Below are positions 45,946 through 55,631 of a stretch of 64,000 nt of DNA, piece by piece. How positions within the stretch are numbered: the first letter of the stretch is position 1; each line of letters opens with the position of its first letter. The stretch is from a virus (lineage: Duplodnaviria > Heunggongvirae > Uroviricota > Caudoviricetes). The stretch is taken from IMG/VR virus record IMGVR_UViG_3300023371_000005. One strand, 5' to 3'. The notes under the pieces are model-generated. The model searched no databases. It was given only the letters and a program-made list of their open reading frames with translations, and was not told the origin of the DNA. Made by a program: the position numbers and the translations under genes.

Positions 45946-46431
45946 TTAGGACCAATCGAATACTTCGACCTTATTTTTGGTATAATGAGCGCCAATACAA
46001 ATAGCATCACATTCATCCTGTGTTGGTTTTACATTATAGGTTTTTACAACCCAATCTTGTGCGGCTTTCTTCTAGGCTGGACGATCTTTTCCCTTGATAC
46101 CAAGAGAAGATTTCCAGACGGTAGAAAGAACGGCGGTTCGAGGCATTTTCATTTCAACAAATAATTCATGTAAAACGCCAAATACCTCAGCCAATGCTTT
46201 AAAGGTGGCTACATTATTGACAACATTATTTTGAAGTTGAATATCTTCAAAGACGACTTCGTCAATATCAAACTTCTCAATTAAACCAATAACTTCCTTG
46301 CGAATAAAGTGAAGTCTATCTCCAACATCGGTTTGAGTTGCGGAGAACTTGCCATAATTGTAAAGTTCACCATCATCAAATACTGCCCAACCAGTCACGC
46401 GACTGGCCTGGTCCAATGCAAGAGTTCTCAC
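45946..46431 (-). CDS. ruvC: RuvC-type Holliday junction resolvase, about 161 aa, with one in-frame TAG (46074-46072) upstream of the catalytic C-terminal motif
   Basis: N-terminus MRTLALDQASRVTGWAVFDDGEL (GTG start overlapping the dut stop). After the TAG the frame continues as KKAAQDWVVKTYNVKPTQDECDAICIGAHY...*. The DxxDAxxIxxH pattern matches the RuvC C-terminal acidic/His motif. Stop TAA 45948-45946. Confidence 0.65.
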
Positions 46432-46967
46432 TTAGAAGTAGAACCGAATCCGCCAGTGCGTTCGCCCATTACCACATCATCAGAAGTGATACCATATGGA
46501 AGAATGGTTGCCTGACCGATTGCGTCACCTTTCTTAATTTGAATATTAAATGGAGATAGATTGTAAATCTGGAAGAAAATCTCACCTTCATTATCGGGGT
46601 TATTGTAGTAATCAGCATCGATAATACCAATGCCGTTACCCAACATCAACCAATATTTCAAGGGAGAGGAACTGCGGACACTTAGTTGTAACCAAGAGCC
46701 AGGATCTAACTTACACTTCATTCCAGTAGAAACAAGAGTTGGCTTGAAACCAATCTTCTTAGTAAAGTCAGCCATTTGTTCCAGACTTACATATTCATCG
46801 ACCTCAACAGGCCATAATAATTTTGCTTCTTCACACATCAAAGGAAGAGAAGGAATTACATAATCCTCTGCGGCGACCATGTCATATCCTGCGGATTGAC
46901 TGGTTTTACGGACCGGCATAGCTAAGTCCGCGTCCGCATACTTAGAAACTTTTTCAAAATGTGCCAT
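46428..46967 (-). CDS. dut: dUTP diphosphatase
   Basis: dUTPase motifs AGYDM, GIIDADY and RTGGFGSTSK. TGA stop. Confidence 0.7.
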   Translation of the reverse strand: MAHFEKVSKYADADLAMPVRKTSQSAGYDMVAAEDYVIPSLPLMCEEAKLLWPVEVDEYVSLEQMADFTKKIGFKPTLVSTGMKCKLDPGSWLQLSVRSSSPLKYWLMLGNGIGIIDADYYNNPDNEGEIFFQIYNLSPFNIQIKKGDAIGQATILPYGITSDDVVMGERTGGFGSTSK

Positions 46968-46972
46968 GATGA

Positions 46973-47215
46973 TTAACCCCTTTCATAAGTGACGGTATAA
47001 ACATCCTCGGGGTCTTTCTCATTAGTGAAAATCTTAGTAGCAGTAACTACTTGATATTCTTCAATAACTTCACCCTTAGCCTTAATTTGCTTAGTCTTAT
47101 AACTAAAAGCAGTTAGGTCAAAAGTGGGATCATCTAGTAATTGTTCATGAAGAGCCTCAACATCGGCAATGGTGGGAACTCTATAAGTATCAACAGCTTT
47201 TAATAAATATTTCAT
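46973..47215 (-). CDS. Hypothetical protein, 80 aa
   Basis: Continuous ORF tightly packed in the operon. Confidence 0.4.
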   Translation of the reverse strand: MKYLLKAVDTYRVPTIADVEALHEQLLDDPTFDLTAFSYKTKQIKAKGEVIEEYQVVTATKIFTNEKDPEDVYTVTYERG

Positions 47216-47490
47216 CTTATTACCTCTACAACAATATTATTTCGACTATAATTCATTTTTGAGTAAGCAAGAATATCTTCGGAAACAGCATTACCGAAAA
47301 CACTATTGCCACTCAAATATACATGATCAATTTTCTTTTCATTACTGATTGTACTGATTACCTCTGGAAGTCCTTCCATGGTGGTAATTGCTACGCACTC
47401 TTTATCTCCAGTATCTGTATCAACGATATAGACTCTCTGGTGCAAATCGAACATATGTAATTCACAATAAATTCTTTTCATTTCATTCAC
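47212..47490 (-). CDS. Hypothetical protein, 92 aa, GTG start
   Basis: Continuous ORF. Overlaps its neighbours by 4 nt. Confidence 0.4.
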   Translation of the reverse strand: MNEMKRIYCELHMFDLHQRVYIVDTDTGDKECVAITTMEGLPEVISTISNEKKIDHVYLSGNSVFGNAVSEDILAYSKMNYSRNNIVVEVIR

Positions 47491-47980
47491 CTACCTGAAC
47501 TAAGCCACTATCATAAGGGAACAGATATAGACAGGTTGGGCCGTCATCTGTTTCCACCCAAATCTCCACGGCAGTGCCAGGTTCGTCGGGGTCAATGGCT
47601 TTAATTTTTCCCACATTTCGCAGACAATCAAGAACCTCTTGTGCGAAATACTGAGGCTCAATTAGTTTGAATACAGTAAAATAAGAAATCTCTTTACCGT
47701 AAAGCATATAGTATTTATTACGATACATTTCATGTAATGCTTCAATGGTTTGGATTGCCTTATTTAAATCAGCCAACTCAGGAAGCTGGGCGATAATTTG
47801 TTTATTCAAATCATATAGACCTAAATTCAAGCCTGCGCCATCAGTTCTCATTGTAACCCAATGACCGTCATGATATACGCGAATTTCACCTGAAATGGAA
47901 TCTTGAATTACTTCTCCTTCCATTGGTTCAAAATTGACTTGTGAAAGGTCCATTTTCTTGACAGTGAGTTTACTTCCCAT
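47483..47980 (-). CDS. Hypothetical protein, 165 aa
   Basis: AAAAGGAGG RBS. Lies downstream of the promoter at 48010-48038. Confidence 0.45.
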   Translation of the reverse strand: MGSKLTVKKMDLSQVNFEPMEGEVIQDSISGEIRVYHDGHWVTMRTDGAGLNLGLYDLNKQIIAQLPELADLNKAIQTIEALHEMYRNKYYMLYGKEISYFTVFKLIEPQYFAQEVLDCLRNVGKIKAIDPDEPGTAVEIWVETDDGPTCLYLFPYDSGLVQVGE

Positions 47981-48009
47981 ATCAAGACCTCCTTTTACTC
48001 TTTATACTA

Positions 48010-48038
48010 AATTATATCAATTTTTTTTATGTAAGTCA
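48010..48038 (-). promoter_or_regulatory. Sigma70-like promoter on the - strand: TTGACT, 17-nt spacer, TATAAT. Copy 1 of a duplicated 39-nt element.
   Basis: On the - strand: TTGACT (48038-48033), spacer TACATAAAAAAAATTGA, TATAAT (48015-48010). The 39 nt at 48001-48039 match 55591-55629 almost exactly. Confidence 0.6.
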
Positions 48039-48499
48039 ATTATACGCTGGTTGCGAGAGCCTCTCATTTCTAGAGTCAAATCTCGCTCTGCTTCAATATA
48101 TGGACCGTCGATTAGGACGTCCGCTAATTCCAGACATGATTTGACATGAGGGTCGCCAGACCGCAATAATTCTTCATAAGTGTAGCCGCTCCAAATATAT
48201 ATCTTCACTTCTGGAAGCTTATGTCTTACCTCTTGGAGAATCAAATTTACCAGAAAAGCATTTGCTTCACACAAAGGTTCACCGCCCATAATACATAAAT
48301 TACGCTTGATTCCTTGTGCGGTTAGTCCTTCTAAAATCTTATGTAAAGTATTATTTGTAAACTCCTTACCTCCATCAAAGGCCCAGGTGCCAGGATTATG
48401 ACACCCAGGACAATGATGAGGACAGCCTTGTGTAAAAAAGCTTACACATAAACCTGGAGCAGCGGTGATATCATTTAGTATCAATCCACTGTATCTCAT
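48017..48499 (-). CDS. nrdG: Anaerobic ribonucleotide reductase activating protein (radical SAM)
   Basis: CPHHCPGCHNP radical-SAM cysteine motif. About 160 aa. Adjacent to nrdD. Confidence 0.7.
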   Translation of the reverse strand: MRYSGLILNDITAAPGLCVSFFTQGCPHHCPGCHNPGTWAFDGGKEFTNNTLHKILEGLTAQGIKRNLCIMGGEPLCEANAFLVNLILQEVRHKLPEVKIYIWSGYTYEELLRSGDPHVKSCLELADVLIDGPYIEAERDLTLEMRGSRNQRIIDLHKKN

Positions 48500-48546
48500 A
48501 GTTATCTCTCTTTCTTATAGCGTAGCTAAGTTGTAGTTAGCAACAG

Positions 48547-50751
48547 TTAGGAAAATTGAGAATGCTTGACGCGGTGTTCAACCTCTGCTTGTTTTCCGTT
48601 GTTGAAATGGCGATAGTCAGTAGTCAAATAACCAGTTACACGACGAAGCTGTTGAATATTCTGGCTTCCGCACTCGGGACAAGCATCATTGAACTCGCCT
48701 TGATAACCACAATCTAAGCAAGAGTCGATTGGGAAGTTGAAAGCTAAATAAGGGATATCTAGCTCTTTGAAAGCATAATCAATAATCTGCTCGATAGCCT
48801 TAGTATTCTTTACGAAAGTAGAATCCAATTCTACATAAGTGATACAACCACCAGTAGGATACTTACAGAAAGGAGCTTCAATAGCTAACTTCTCAAAGAT
48901 ACCAACTTCCTGCCAAACAGGAACATGGTGACTGTTAGTCAAGAACTCCTTATCAGTAACATTAGGAATGATTCCATATTGCTTACGTAAGCCCTTCAGC
49001 GCGGTATGGCATAGACCTTCCGCAGGAGTAGCATAACAAGAGAAATTCAAATCGTGACGCTCGGAAGCTTCCTTAGCGTATTCATTGATTCTCTTGACAA
49101 CCTTCAAAGCGAAAGCATGAACTTCGGAGTCTTCTGCGTGATTCTTACCAAACAGAGCCTGGCACATTTCAGCAATACCGATATAACCCATAGCTAAAGT
49201 GCCGTGCTTCAATGCTTCATAGTTAGACATTTTGCACTTCTGAGCATCCTTCATAGTACCATTTTGATACATAAATGGAGCGGCCTCAGGTGGCTGATTA
49301 ACCATAATATCAAAGCGCTCTAATAAACCTTGTTCACATAGCATCAATAAATCCTCAAACGCAGACCAGAAGCCGTCTAAGTCTGGGGTCTCACGCTCAC
49401 CAAGGCAGATACCATATTCGATACCGAGCTTTGGCAAAATCATAGTATTAGGAACAAGGTTACCACGTCCGACGCGATTATAAGATTTGCTGTGTCTGTC
49501 ATAACCCAACATTGTGCGGCAACCCATTGTTGCGAAATATGTGTCAATATTATTTGGGTCTTCATGTGCTTCGGAATAATCACAATTGACAAAGTTGGGA
49601 TAAATGCGCTTACTTAAAGATTCGATAGCCAACTGCTTCAAATCATAGTTAGGATCTTCGGGATTAGCATTACAACCCTGCTTATATTGGAAAATACTAA
49701 TTGGGAAAATAGGAGTTAGATGATGCTTACCAATACCAGACAAGGAAGCCTCTAACATCTTGCGAGATACGAAACGACCTTCAACAGATTCGTCTCTACC
49801 AAAATTAATAGAAGTGAAAGGAACCTGAGAACCTGCGCGAGACTCTAATGTATTCAAGTTGTGATACATAGCTTCGGCAGCCTGGGTGCCTTCGCGCTCA
49901 ACCTGGCGGACCGCAAACTTATGTGCAGGATCATCTGCATATGCGGGATTACCCATATCCAAATCGGGGAACTTGGCATGAATAACTAATTCAGCATCCT
50001 CTTCACTCATCTCTTGGACGTCAGTATAATACTGCATTAGCTTCTTCTTATAACTCTTCTTTACGAAAGGAGCCAAGTCATAATCCAAGTGAACAGTACC
50101 AACACCACCGAACTGAACTTGAGACTGGCACTGGTCAATAACAGCAGTTTGTTGACAAGCACTACTGAAATTAGAAGGTGGTCTTACATCACCATTACGG
50201 GTTATAAAGCCATCGGTAAATAGCTTCTTCATATCAACGAACAAGCAGTTATGCTGGCCGATATTAGTCTTTTCCATATCATGTTGATATAACAACATAT
50301 TCTTGTGAGCATTTGAGACTTCTGGAGACAAAGTATAATCGAGGGCAATAATCTTCTGAATATCTGCGGAAGCCTCTTTCTCTCTACCAGAGAAGCTCTT
50401 TTCGTCAACATTAGCATTAGCATTTTCTACTGCAGTAGCTTCAATGCGCTTCATTACTGCTTTGACTAACTTGCTGCGACGAGTGCGCTCTTTACTACGC
50501 TGGTCGCGATATAGGATATATTCTTTTGCTACTTCTGGATACTCGCTCTTCATCAAGTATCCTTCAACTAAATCTTGGATTTGCTCAACGCTCATATCAA
50601 CATTGCGCTGACCAATTAAATCGGCAATCTCTTCGGCAGTTTCAGTCTCATAGACTGCGCCGTAAGTGCTAATCATAGCTTTGTTGATAGCTTGAACAAT
50701 CTTATCGGGATTGAATAGAACTCTTGTTCCATCTCGTTTAATTACATACAT
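48547..50751 (-). CDS. nrdD: Anaerobic ribonucleoside-triphosphate reductase, class III. Likely initiates at the second ATG, 50751.
   Basis: N-terminal ATP-cone (YVIKRDGTRVLFNPDKIVQAI). C-terminal Zn ribbon CLDCGYQGEFNDACPECGS. Glycyl-radical motif RVTGYL. GGAGG lies 8 nt before ATG 50751. Confidence 0.75.
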   Translation of the reverse strand: MYVIKRDGTRVLFNPDKIVQAINKAMISTYGAVYETETAEEIADLIGQRNVDMSVEQIQDLVEGYLMKSEYPEVAKEYILYRDQRSKERTRRSKLVKAVMKRIEATAVENANANVDEKSFSGREKEASADIQKIIALDYTLSPEVSNAHKNMLLYQHDMEKTNIGQHNCLFVDMKKLFTDGFITRNGDVRPPSNFSSACQQTAVIDQCQSQVQFGGVGTVHLDYDLAPFVKKSYKKKLMQYYTDVQEMSEEDAELVIHAKFPDLDMGNPAYADDPAHKFAVRQVEREGTQAAEAMYHNLNTLESRAGSQVPFTSINFGRDESVEGRFVSRKMLEASLSGIGKHHLTPIFPISIFQYKQGCNANPEDPNYDLKQLAIESLSKRIYPNFVNCDYSEAHEDPNNIDTYFATMGCRTMLGYDRHSKSYNRVGRGNLVPNTMILPKLGIEYGICLGERETPDLDGFWSAFEDLLMLCEQGLLERFDIMVNQPPEAAPFMYQNGTMKDAQKCKMSNYEALKHGTLAMGYIGIAEMCQALFGKNHAEDSEVHAFALKVVKRINEYAKEASERHDLNFSCYATPAEGLCHTALKGLRKQYGIIPNVTDKEFLTNSHHVPVWQEVGIFEKLAIEAPFCKYPTGGCITYVELDSTFVKNTKAIEQIIDYAFKELDIPYLAFNFPIDSCLDCGYQGEFNDACPECGSQNIQQLRRVTGYLTTDYRHFNNGKQAEVEHRVKHSQFS

Positions 50752-50773
50752 ATATATTACCTCCAATTAAAAA

Positions 50774-50794
50774 CCCTACATCTTGTGTAGAGGG
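50774..50794 (-). terminator. Weak intrinsic terminator between the NMP kinase gene and nrdD
   Basis: On the - strand: CCCTCTACA-caaga-TGTAGGG, a short imperfect stem followed by TTTTTAATT. Confidence 0.35.
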
Positions 50795-50838
50795 CAAAAT
50801 TTCTCTACTAAATATGGGTTTATGGATTGATCACTTAA

Positions 50839-51405
50839 TCAATCTCGTCCTTGGGCGAATGTGGTCTCGGTCTGGTACACAATCTCTTCAGGGCCAGTCC
50901 AACCGTCCAATTCAGTGGCGTTTCTAATTTCAAAAAATGGGAAATCAATCTCGCCAAAATCAGAATAGTCAGCTAAGAAGCGACGACAAACTTCCTTGAC
51001 GTCAGGATCTTCTTCTCGATTCAACTGACGCATTAGACGCAACTTATCGGGCGTCCGCAAACGAATAGCTAGAACTTCACAATCCCCACGAGCCAAGAGA
51101 TCATGGATGCCTTGAGGATTGAAAACTCCAACATTGATATTATCTTCAACCACAGACTCGGTACTTGTGCCGTAATACCAATTATTGAACATTACACATT
51201 CAAGCATTTGGTCATTGTTAATTTTTTCTTTGAACTCATCCATTGTGTGATAAAAATAATTCACACCATGCTGTTCACCCTGTCTCATAGGACGAGTAGT
51301 ACAGCTAATAATTTTATGCCAGTCAGGTCTCATAGCGAGGACCTTATTCAACATAAAGTCCTTGCCGGAGCCTGCCTCGCCAAACAAAGCAACGATTTTA
51401 TACAT
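50839..51405 (-). CDS. Guanylate-kinase-like nucleoside monophosphate kinase. Start at internal ATG 51405 (MYKIVALFGEAGSGKDF).
   Basis: P-loop GEAGSGKDF. TTRPMRQGEQHGVNYFY...YYGT matches the guanylate kinase TTRxPRxGE..G.dY.F...YGT pattern. GAGGA RBS before 51405. Abuts the stop of the upstream Zn-ribbon ORF. Confidence 0.6.
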   Translation of the reverse strand: MYKIVALFGEAGSGKDFMLNKVLAMRPDWHKIISCTTRPMRQGEQHGVNYFYHTMDEFKEKINNDQMLECVMFNNWYYGTSTESVVEDNINVGVFNPQGIHDLLARGDCEVLAIRLRTPDKLRLMRQLNREEDPDVKEVCRRFLADYSDFGEIDFPFFEIRNATELDGWTGPEEIVYQTETTFAQGRD

Positions 51406-51406
51406 T

Positions 51407-51601
51407 TTATTCATCCTCGAACTCATATTCAATACTGCCATTTTTAGTAGTGCTTGTTGTAGTCGTTCCGCAATTCAAACACTCATAGCAGTGCTGTGCA
51501 GGATAAGTACAGAGTGTATGAGTGCAACGCATGGGCTTACCGCACTCTTCACAGACAATCTGCACAACATACATAGCTTTTACTTTTCTTTTTTGGATCA
51601 T
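51407..51601 (-). CDS. Small Zn-ribbon protein, 64 aa
   Basis: CEECG...CTH...C and CYECLNCG cysteine pairs. Immediately downstream of dnaE. Confidence 0.45.
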   Translation of the reverse strand: MIQKRKVKAMYVVQIVCEECGKPMRCTHTLCTYPAQHCYECLNCGTTTTSTTKNGSIEYEFEDE

Positions 51602-54600
51602 TTATTCGTCTCCTTGATAACGAGCATCTAATAGTTTCAAATCACCATTAGGATAAATTTTATCAATTTTATATAACTGGTGTCCACCAGTTGAAGCATA
51701 CTTCTTAGAAATGAAATCATCACCAGAACGAATACCAGTTACCACAATCATATTACCTCGATTGAACCAGGACTTTTCCATGATCTTCTTAGTTCCATCG
51801 GGTTGACGAGCAGAAATCTGCTTATCAAATAATGTGAAATATTCTTTTCTAAATTTCACATTTACAACACCTGTGTTAGTCAAAATAGTAACTGTACTCT
51901 TAGTTTTATTCTTCGCGATACAAGTTCCGCAAATACGATTCAAGTGAAAGATATGGATTTCTTTGTCACCCTTTTTAAAAGTCTTTTCAATTACGGGGTC
52001 TTCTGGCAAAGCAAAGAAATCAACAAAGCCATACTTGTCATTATTTACATGAGCCAATTCGTGCTCATGATAATAGAAGCACAATACTTCCATCTCCCAT
52101 GCGGAGATACTGCCCTGGGCATATTTCTCCCAGTCTTCCATGAAGATTTTTGTATTCAATGCTTCAAGGATTTCTTCCTTATCAGTAGCAATCCAATTTC
52201 TGAAAATGTTCATATACTTCTGATATACATTATCCCAAGTCTTGACTTTGATAAACCAAGCGAGATTATCGCTTTCCATCAAGTCTTCACATTCAATTTC
52301 ATGTAAGAATGAAATTGCTCGTGGATCAAGACTATACATATCTTTGTAAGCACATTCATCAGCCTTTGTAATTGCTTTTAGATAACGATTGAACTCATAA
52401 ACTCTACGAGCCATAATTTGCTCTTCTGTGGATTCAGGTAATAAACCATGCTTGATAAGACCACCCATATTCTGTAAAGTCAAACGGCTCTTCTTATCAC
52501 AAGTCTCCCACAGATACCATGCCATTACGAAACGACGATCTTCCATATCATCAAAGGCACCGCCCTTGATTAGAGAAATCATTGCTTGCTTACCGGGCTT
52601 TACTTTCTGTAAGAAATCCTTGGGAGAAGCATATGGTCTATTTGCGATGATTGCGGCGATAACATCATCGCCGACATTTAGCATACCTTTCAAACCAAAC
52701 AGAATACGATTATTTTCCACGTCGGGAGCAAATCCAAATTGAGATTTATTGATATCAACCAGACTCACCTTGATGCCAGCCGCACGAATATCTCCAATTG
52801 CCTTAGCAATCTTACCATAGTCAGTGCTTGCGGTCTTACGAATCTTACCAGACCGATCGGGCAGATCCTGGAAAGTCACGCCTTCGCTTAGGTCTTGTCC
52901 TTCTGGCTCATAAATATCAACAATCTCTTCTTCACTATTATCTTCCAAAGAACCACTATTGACAATCAGACAAGCTGTATTCCAGTAGATGGGATTGAAA
53001 TTCATGGCAAGATAAATAGATTGCATACCAACGAATGAATAAGGTAATGAGTGATTCAAGCTAAATGCGTATCCTAACTGAGGGGCAACCGCATTTTCCC
53101 AGAAGTAATTCGCAGAATTGACATGGTCAAATCTACTATATACATCCTCGCGCAACTGCGGAATCTTACTCATTTGCTTTTTACCGACAATCTTTCTTGC
53201 GGTATTTGCTTCACCTAATGTGAAGCCAGCGACATCCATCAACAGTTCCATCATTTGCTCCTGGATTGCACAACAACCCCAATATTGATCACAATGCTTA
53301 TGCATCAACGCAATCATATTAGAATCAAGTCCTGCTTGAACCATTTCTCGATGAAACTCAGTCAAACCTTTCCGTTGAATACGGACGTATCTGTCCTGCT
53401 GAGACTCTTTGCCTTTTTCGCTCATCAGTCTCATCATGGCGTTTGCCGCAGTCATCTCCATAGGATTTTGAGGCTTCAACTTTTTCGCAATGGCTAGACC
53501 GACACCTGTGCTGAACTGAAACACGTCCAGAACATCACCGGCCGCAAGGTGATCCCAAATGCGCTGGTCAGTTGTATCCATTACTTCTGGATGGATATAT
53601 TTATTATATAATTCACGCAAACTCAAATCTGGAATTACTTTATCTGCTACCAAAAGTTCAAAACATTTAATAATCTTATCAGAAATTTCAGTAACCAGGA
53701 AGTCGTACTTAGTATCACCTGCGGCCTCAGCTTTATGTAGGTCATAACAGGTAATCAAGTCACCACTAGGAGTTCTCATAAAAGCTGCTGTATCAAATGG
53801 ATCATCACCATATAAGATAACACCAGATGCGTGAGAAGAACATTTATTTACAAGTCCATCAATGGACTTGATAATATTTAGCAAACCAGGATACTGATTT
53901 ACTTCTCGAATGAAAGCAACAACAGGCTTTCTGTCTTTACTTTCATTACCATTAACAACATCATCAATAGACCACAAAAAACCACGTTCCTGTGGGATTA
54001 GAGATGACATATATTGGGCTTGGTCGACATCAATTCCATCAGGAAAATCTTCACTTCGGTATCCTCGGCAGGCGGTAAGGATGGCTGATTTAGTTCCTTC
54101 TGTGCCGAAGGTTCCAACTTGGATAAGTCCAAGTTCACCTCTTTCTTTCCGAATTCTTCGAAAGATTTCTGGTCGCTTTGAGGGAGCGAGGTCAATATCA
54201 ATATCGGGCAACTCAGCTCTTTCTTTGTTAAGAAAGCGCCAATATGGTAACTTCCATCGTACTGGATCAAGTTGGGTGATACCCAAGAGATAGTTAGAGA
54301 GGAATCCAGTCGCTGAACCTCGTCCTGGACCAACGATACTGCCGCACTCCCAGAAGAGGTCAATATAGTGTTTGAATGTGTTGAAATAAGCGAAGAGACA
54401 ATCTTCAAGCTTTCTTCCAATGTCGTCAATTACGTCTGCCTCCGTTTCAAGTCTATCCCAATATTCTCTCTTATCAATGAAGCCTTTTTCGTGCATACTC
54501 TTCAAGCATTCACCCAACCAATATCTCTCTTGATCATTACCCGCACAAATAATGCGATCTAAAGTGGGCCACTGATAAGAATCCCATTGAATATCTTCTG

Positions 54601-55567
54601 GCAATAAATCCCAAAGATTATCATAAAATGGAACTTGAACTTTAGGAATAATCTGCTTACGCTCCAAAGAGTAATCTTCAATTTTACTCTGAGCTTCTAA
54701 GGTCGCCGCAAAAATATCATCAATATCAACATCACTAAATGACTTTGACAATAATGTTCGACACTCTTCTGGACTCATTAAATATGCGAACTCATAGAAG
54801 TCATCAACTTCTCGTTCACCATCTTTTGAGTTCAAATAAGATTTATGGACAAATCTATCTTCTTTTGTCAAATAATGAGAGTCAGTACCAACAACCATAT
54901 TGATACCATATGCTTTCGCAATTCTCATTAGTTTGCGGTTGACCTCACATTGTTGACTTGCGCTTGAGGGAGCGCACTCAATATAAAAATCATCACCAAA
55001 CAAGCCTCGACAATAATCAATAAAATCGCAAATCTGGTCATAATAAACCTTTGCGTTTACCATATCATTTACTCGTTCAGCCTGCGACATATTCCAGGCG
55101 GCGGTAGATAATTCACCACCAAGACAAGCAGAGGTCGCAATTACATGGCCACGATATTTGCTAATGATTTTAGTCATTTCTTCTTTCGTGATTGGCACAC
55201 GCTTCATACCTCTATCAGTATAAGCGTAATACCATGCAATAGAACTCAATTCACGAAGTGCCTTATGTCCGATGGCATCCTTCGCAACTAAAATAAAGTG
55301 ATAATATTTTATACCACTTTCTCGTTTATCTACTAAATAAACCTCATTGCCTAAAGCGATTTTGAAGTCGGGATGGTTCTTTTTAACTTCCTTCGCATAT
55401 TGATTTACTTCCATATGACCACTAATACATTCATGGTCAGTAATCGCAATGCCAGAAAGACCCAACTCAATCGCTTTGTCAATGAGGTCTTTTGGTCTAT
55501 TGATACAATCGAGCAAGCGGATATTAGAATACATAGTATGATTGTGAATATTGAAGTAAGTTGTCAT
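51602..55567 (-). CDS. dnaE: DNA polymerase III alpha subunit (DnaE-type) with an N-terminal PHP domain, 1321 aa
   Basis: PHP motif FNIHNHTMYSNIRLLDCINRPKDLIDKAIELGLSGIAITDHE. Length and architecture of bacterial Pol III alpha. GAGG RBS. No TAG. Confidence 0.75.
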   Translation of the reverse strand: MTTYFNIHNHTMYSNIRLLDCINRPKDLIDKAIELGLSGIAITDHECISGHMEVNQYAKEVKKNHPDFKIALGNEVYLVDKRESGIKYYHFILVAKDAIGHKALRELSSIAWYYAYTDRGMKRVPITKEEMTKIISKYRGHVIATSACLGGELSTAAWNMSQAERVNDMVNAKVYYDQICDFIDYCRGLFGDDFYIECAPSSASQQCEVNRKLMRIAKAYGINMVVGTDSHYLTKEDRFVHKSYLNSKDGEREVDDFYEFAYLMSPEECRTLLSKSFSDVDIDDIFAATLEAQSKIEDYSLERKQIIPKVQVPFYDNLWDLLPEDIQWDSYQWPTLDRIICAGNDQERYWLGECLKSMHEKGFIDKREYWDRLETEADVIDDIGRKLEDCLFAYFNTFKHYIDLFWECGSIVGPGRGSATGFLSNYLLGITQLDPVRWKLPYWRFLNKERAELPDIDIDLAPSKRPEIFRRIRKERGELGLIQVGTFGTEGTKSAILTACRGYRSEDFPDGIDVDQAQYMSSLIPQERGFLWSIDDVVNGNESKDRKPVVAFIREVNQYPGLLNIIKSIDGLVNKCSSHASGVILYGDDPFDTAAFMRTPSGDLITCYDLHKAEAAGDTKYDFLVTEISDKIIKCFELLVADKVIPDLSLRELYNKYIHPEVMDTTDQRIWDHLAAGDVLDVFQFSTGVGLAIAKKLKPQNPMEMTAANAMMRLMSEKGKESQQDRYVRIQRKGLTEFHREMVQAGLDSNMIALMHKHCDQYWGCCAIQEQMMELLMDVAGFTLGEANTARKIVGKKQMSKIPQLREDVYSRFDHVNSANYFWENAVAPQLGYAFSLNHSLPYSFVGMQSIYLAMNFNPIYWNTACLIVNSGSLEDNSEEEIVDIYEPEGQDLSEGVTFQDLPDRSGKIRKTASTDYGKIAKAIGDIRAAGIKVSLVDINKSQFGFAPDVENNRILFGLKGMLNVGDDVIAAIIANRPYASPKDFLQKVKPGKQAMISLIKGGAFDDMEDRRFVMAWYLWETCDKKSRLTLQNMGGLIKHGLLPESTEEQIMARRVYEFNRYLKAITKADECAYKDMYSLDPRAISFLHEIECEDLMESDNLAWFIKVKTWDNVYQKYMNIFRNWIATDKEEILEALNTKIFMEDWEKYAQGSISAWEMEVLCFYYHEHELAHVNNDKYGFVDFFALPEDPVIEKTFKKGDKEIHIFHLNRICGTCIAKNKTKSTVTILTNTGVVNVKFRKEYFTLFDKQISARQPDGTKKIMEKSWFNRGNMIVVTGIRSGDDFISKKYASTGGHQLYKIDKIYPNGDLKLLDARYQGDE

Positions 55568-55602
55568 TCTATTATCCTCTTTCTTTTTACTTATTATACT
55601 AT

Positions 55603-55631
55603 ATTATATCAATTTTTTTTATGTAAGTCAA
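55603..55631 (-). promoter_or_regulatory. Sigma70-like promoter on the - strand in front of dnaE. Copy 2 of the duplicated element.
   Basis: TTGACT (55631-55626), identical 17-nt spacer, TATAAT (55608-55603). Confidence 0.6.

Noticed and set aside
51602-55567. Intein or other insertion inside dnaE or nrdD
   Set aside because: Protein lengths (1321 and about 734 aa) are normal for DnaE and NrdD. No Hint or endonuclease block motifs were noticed.
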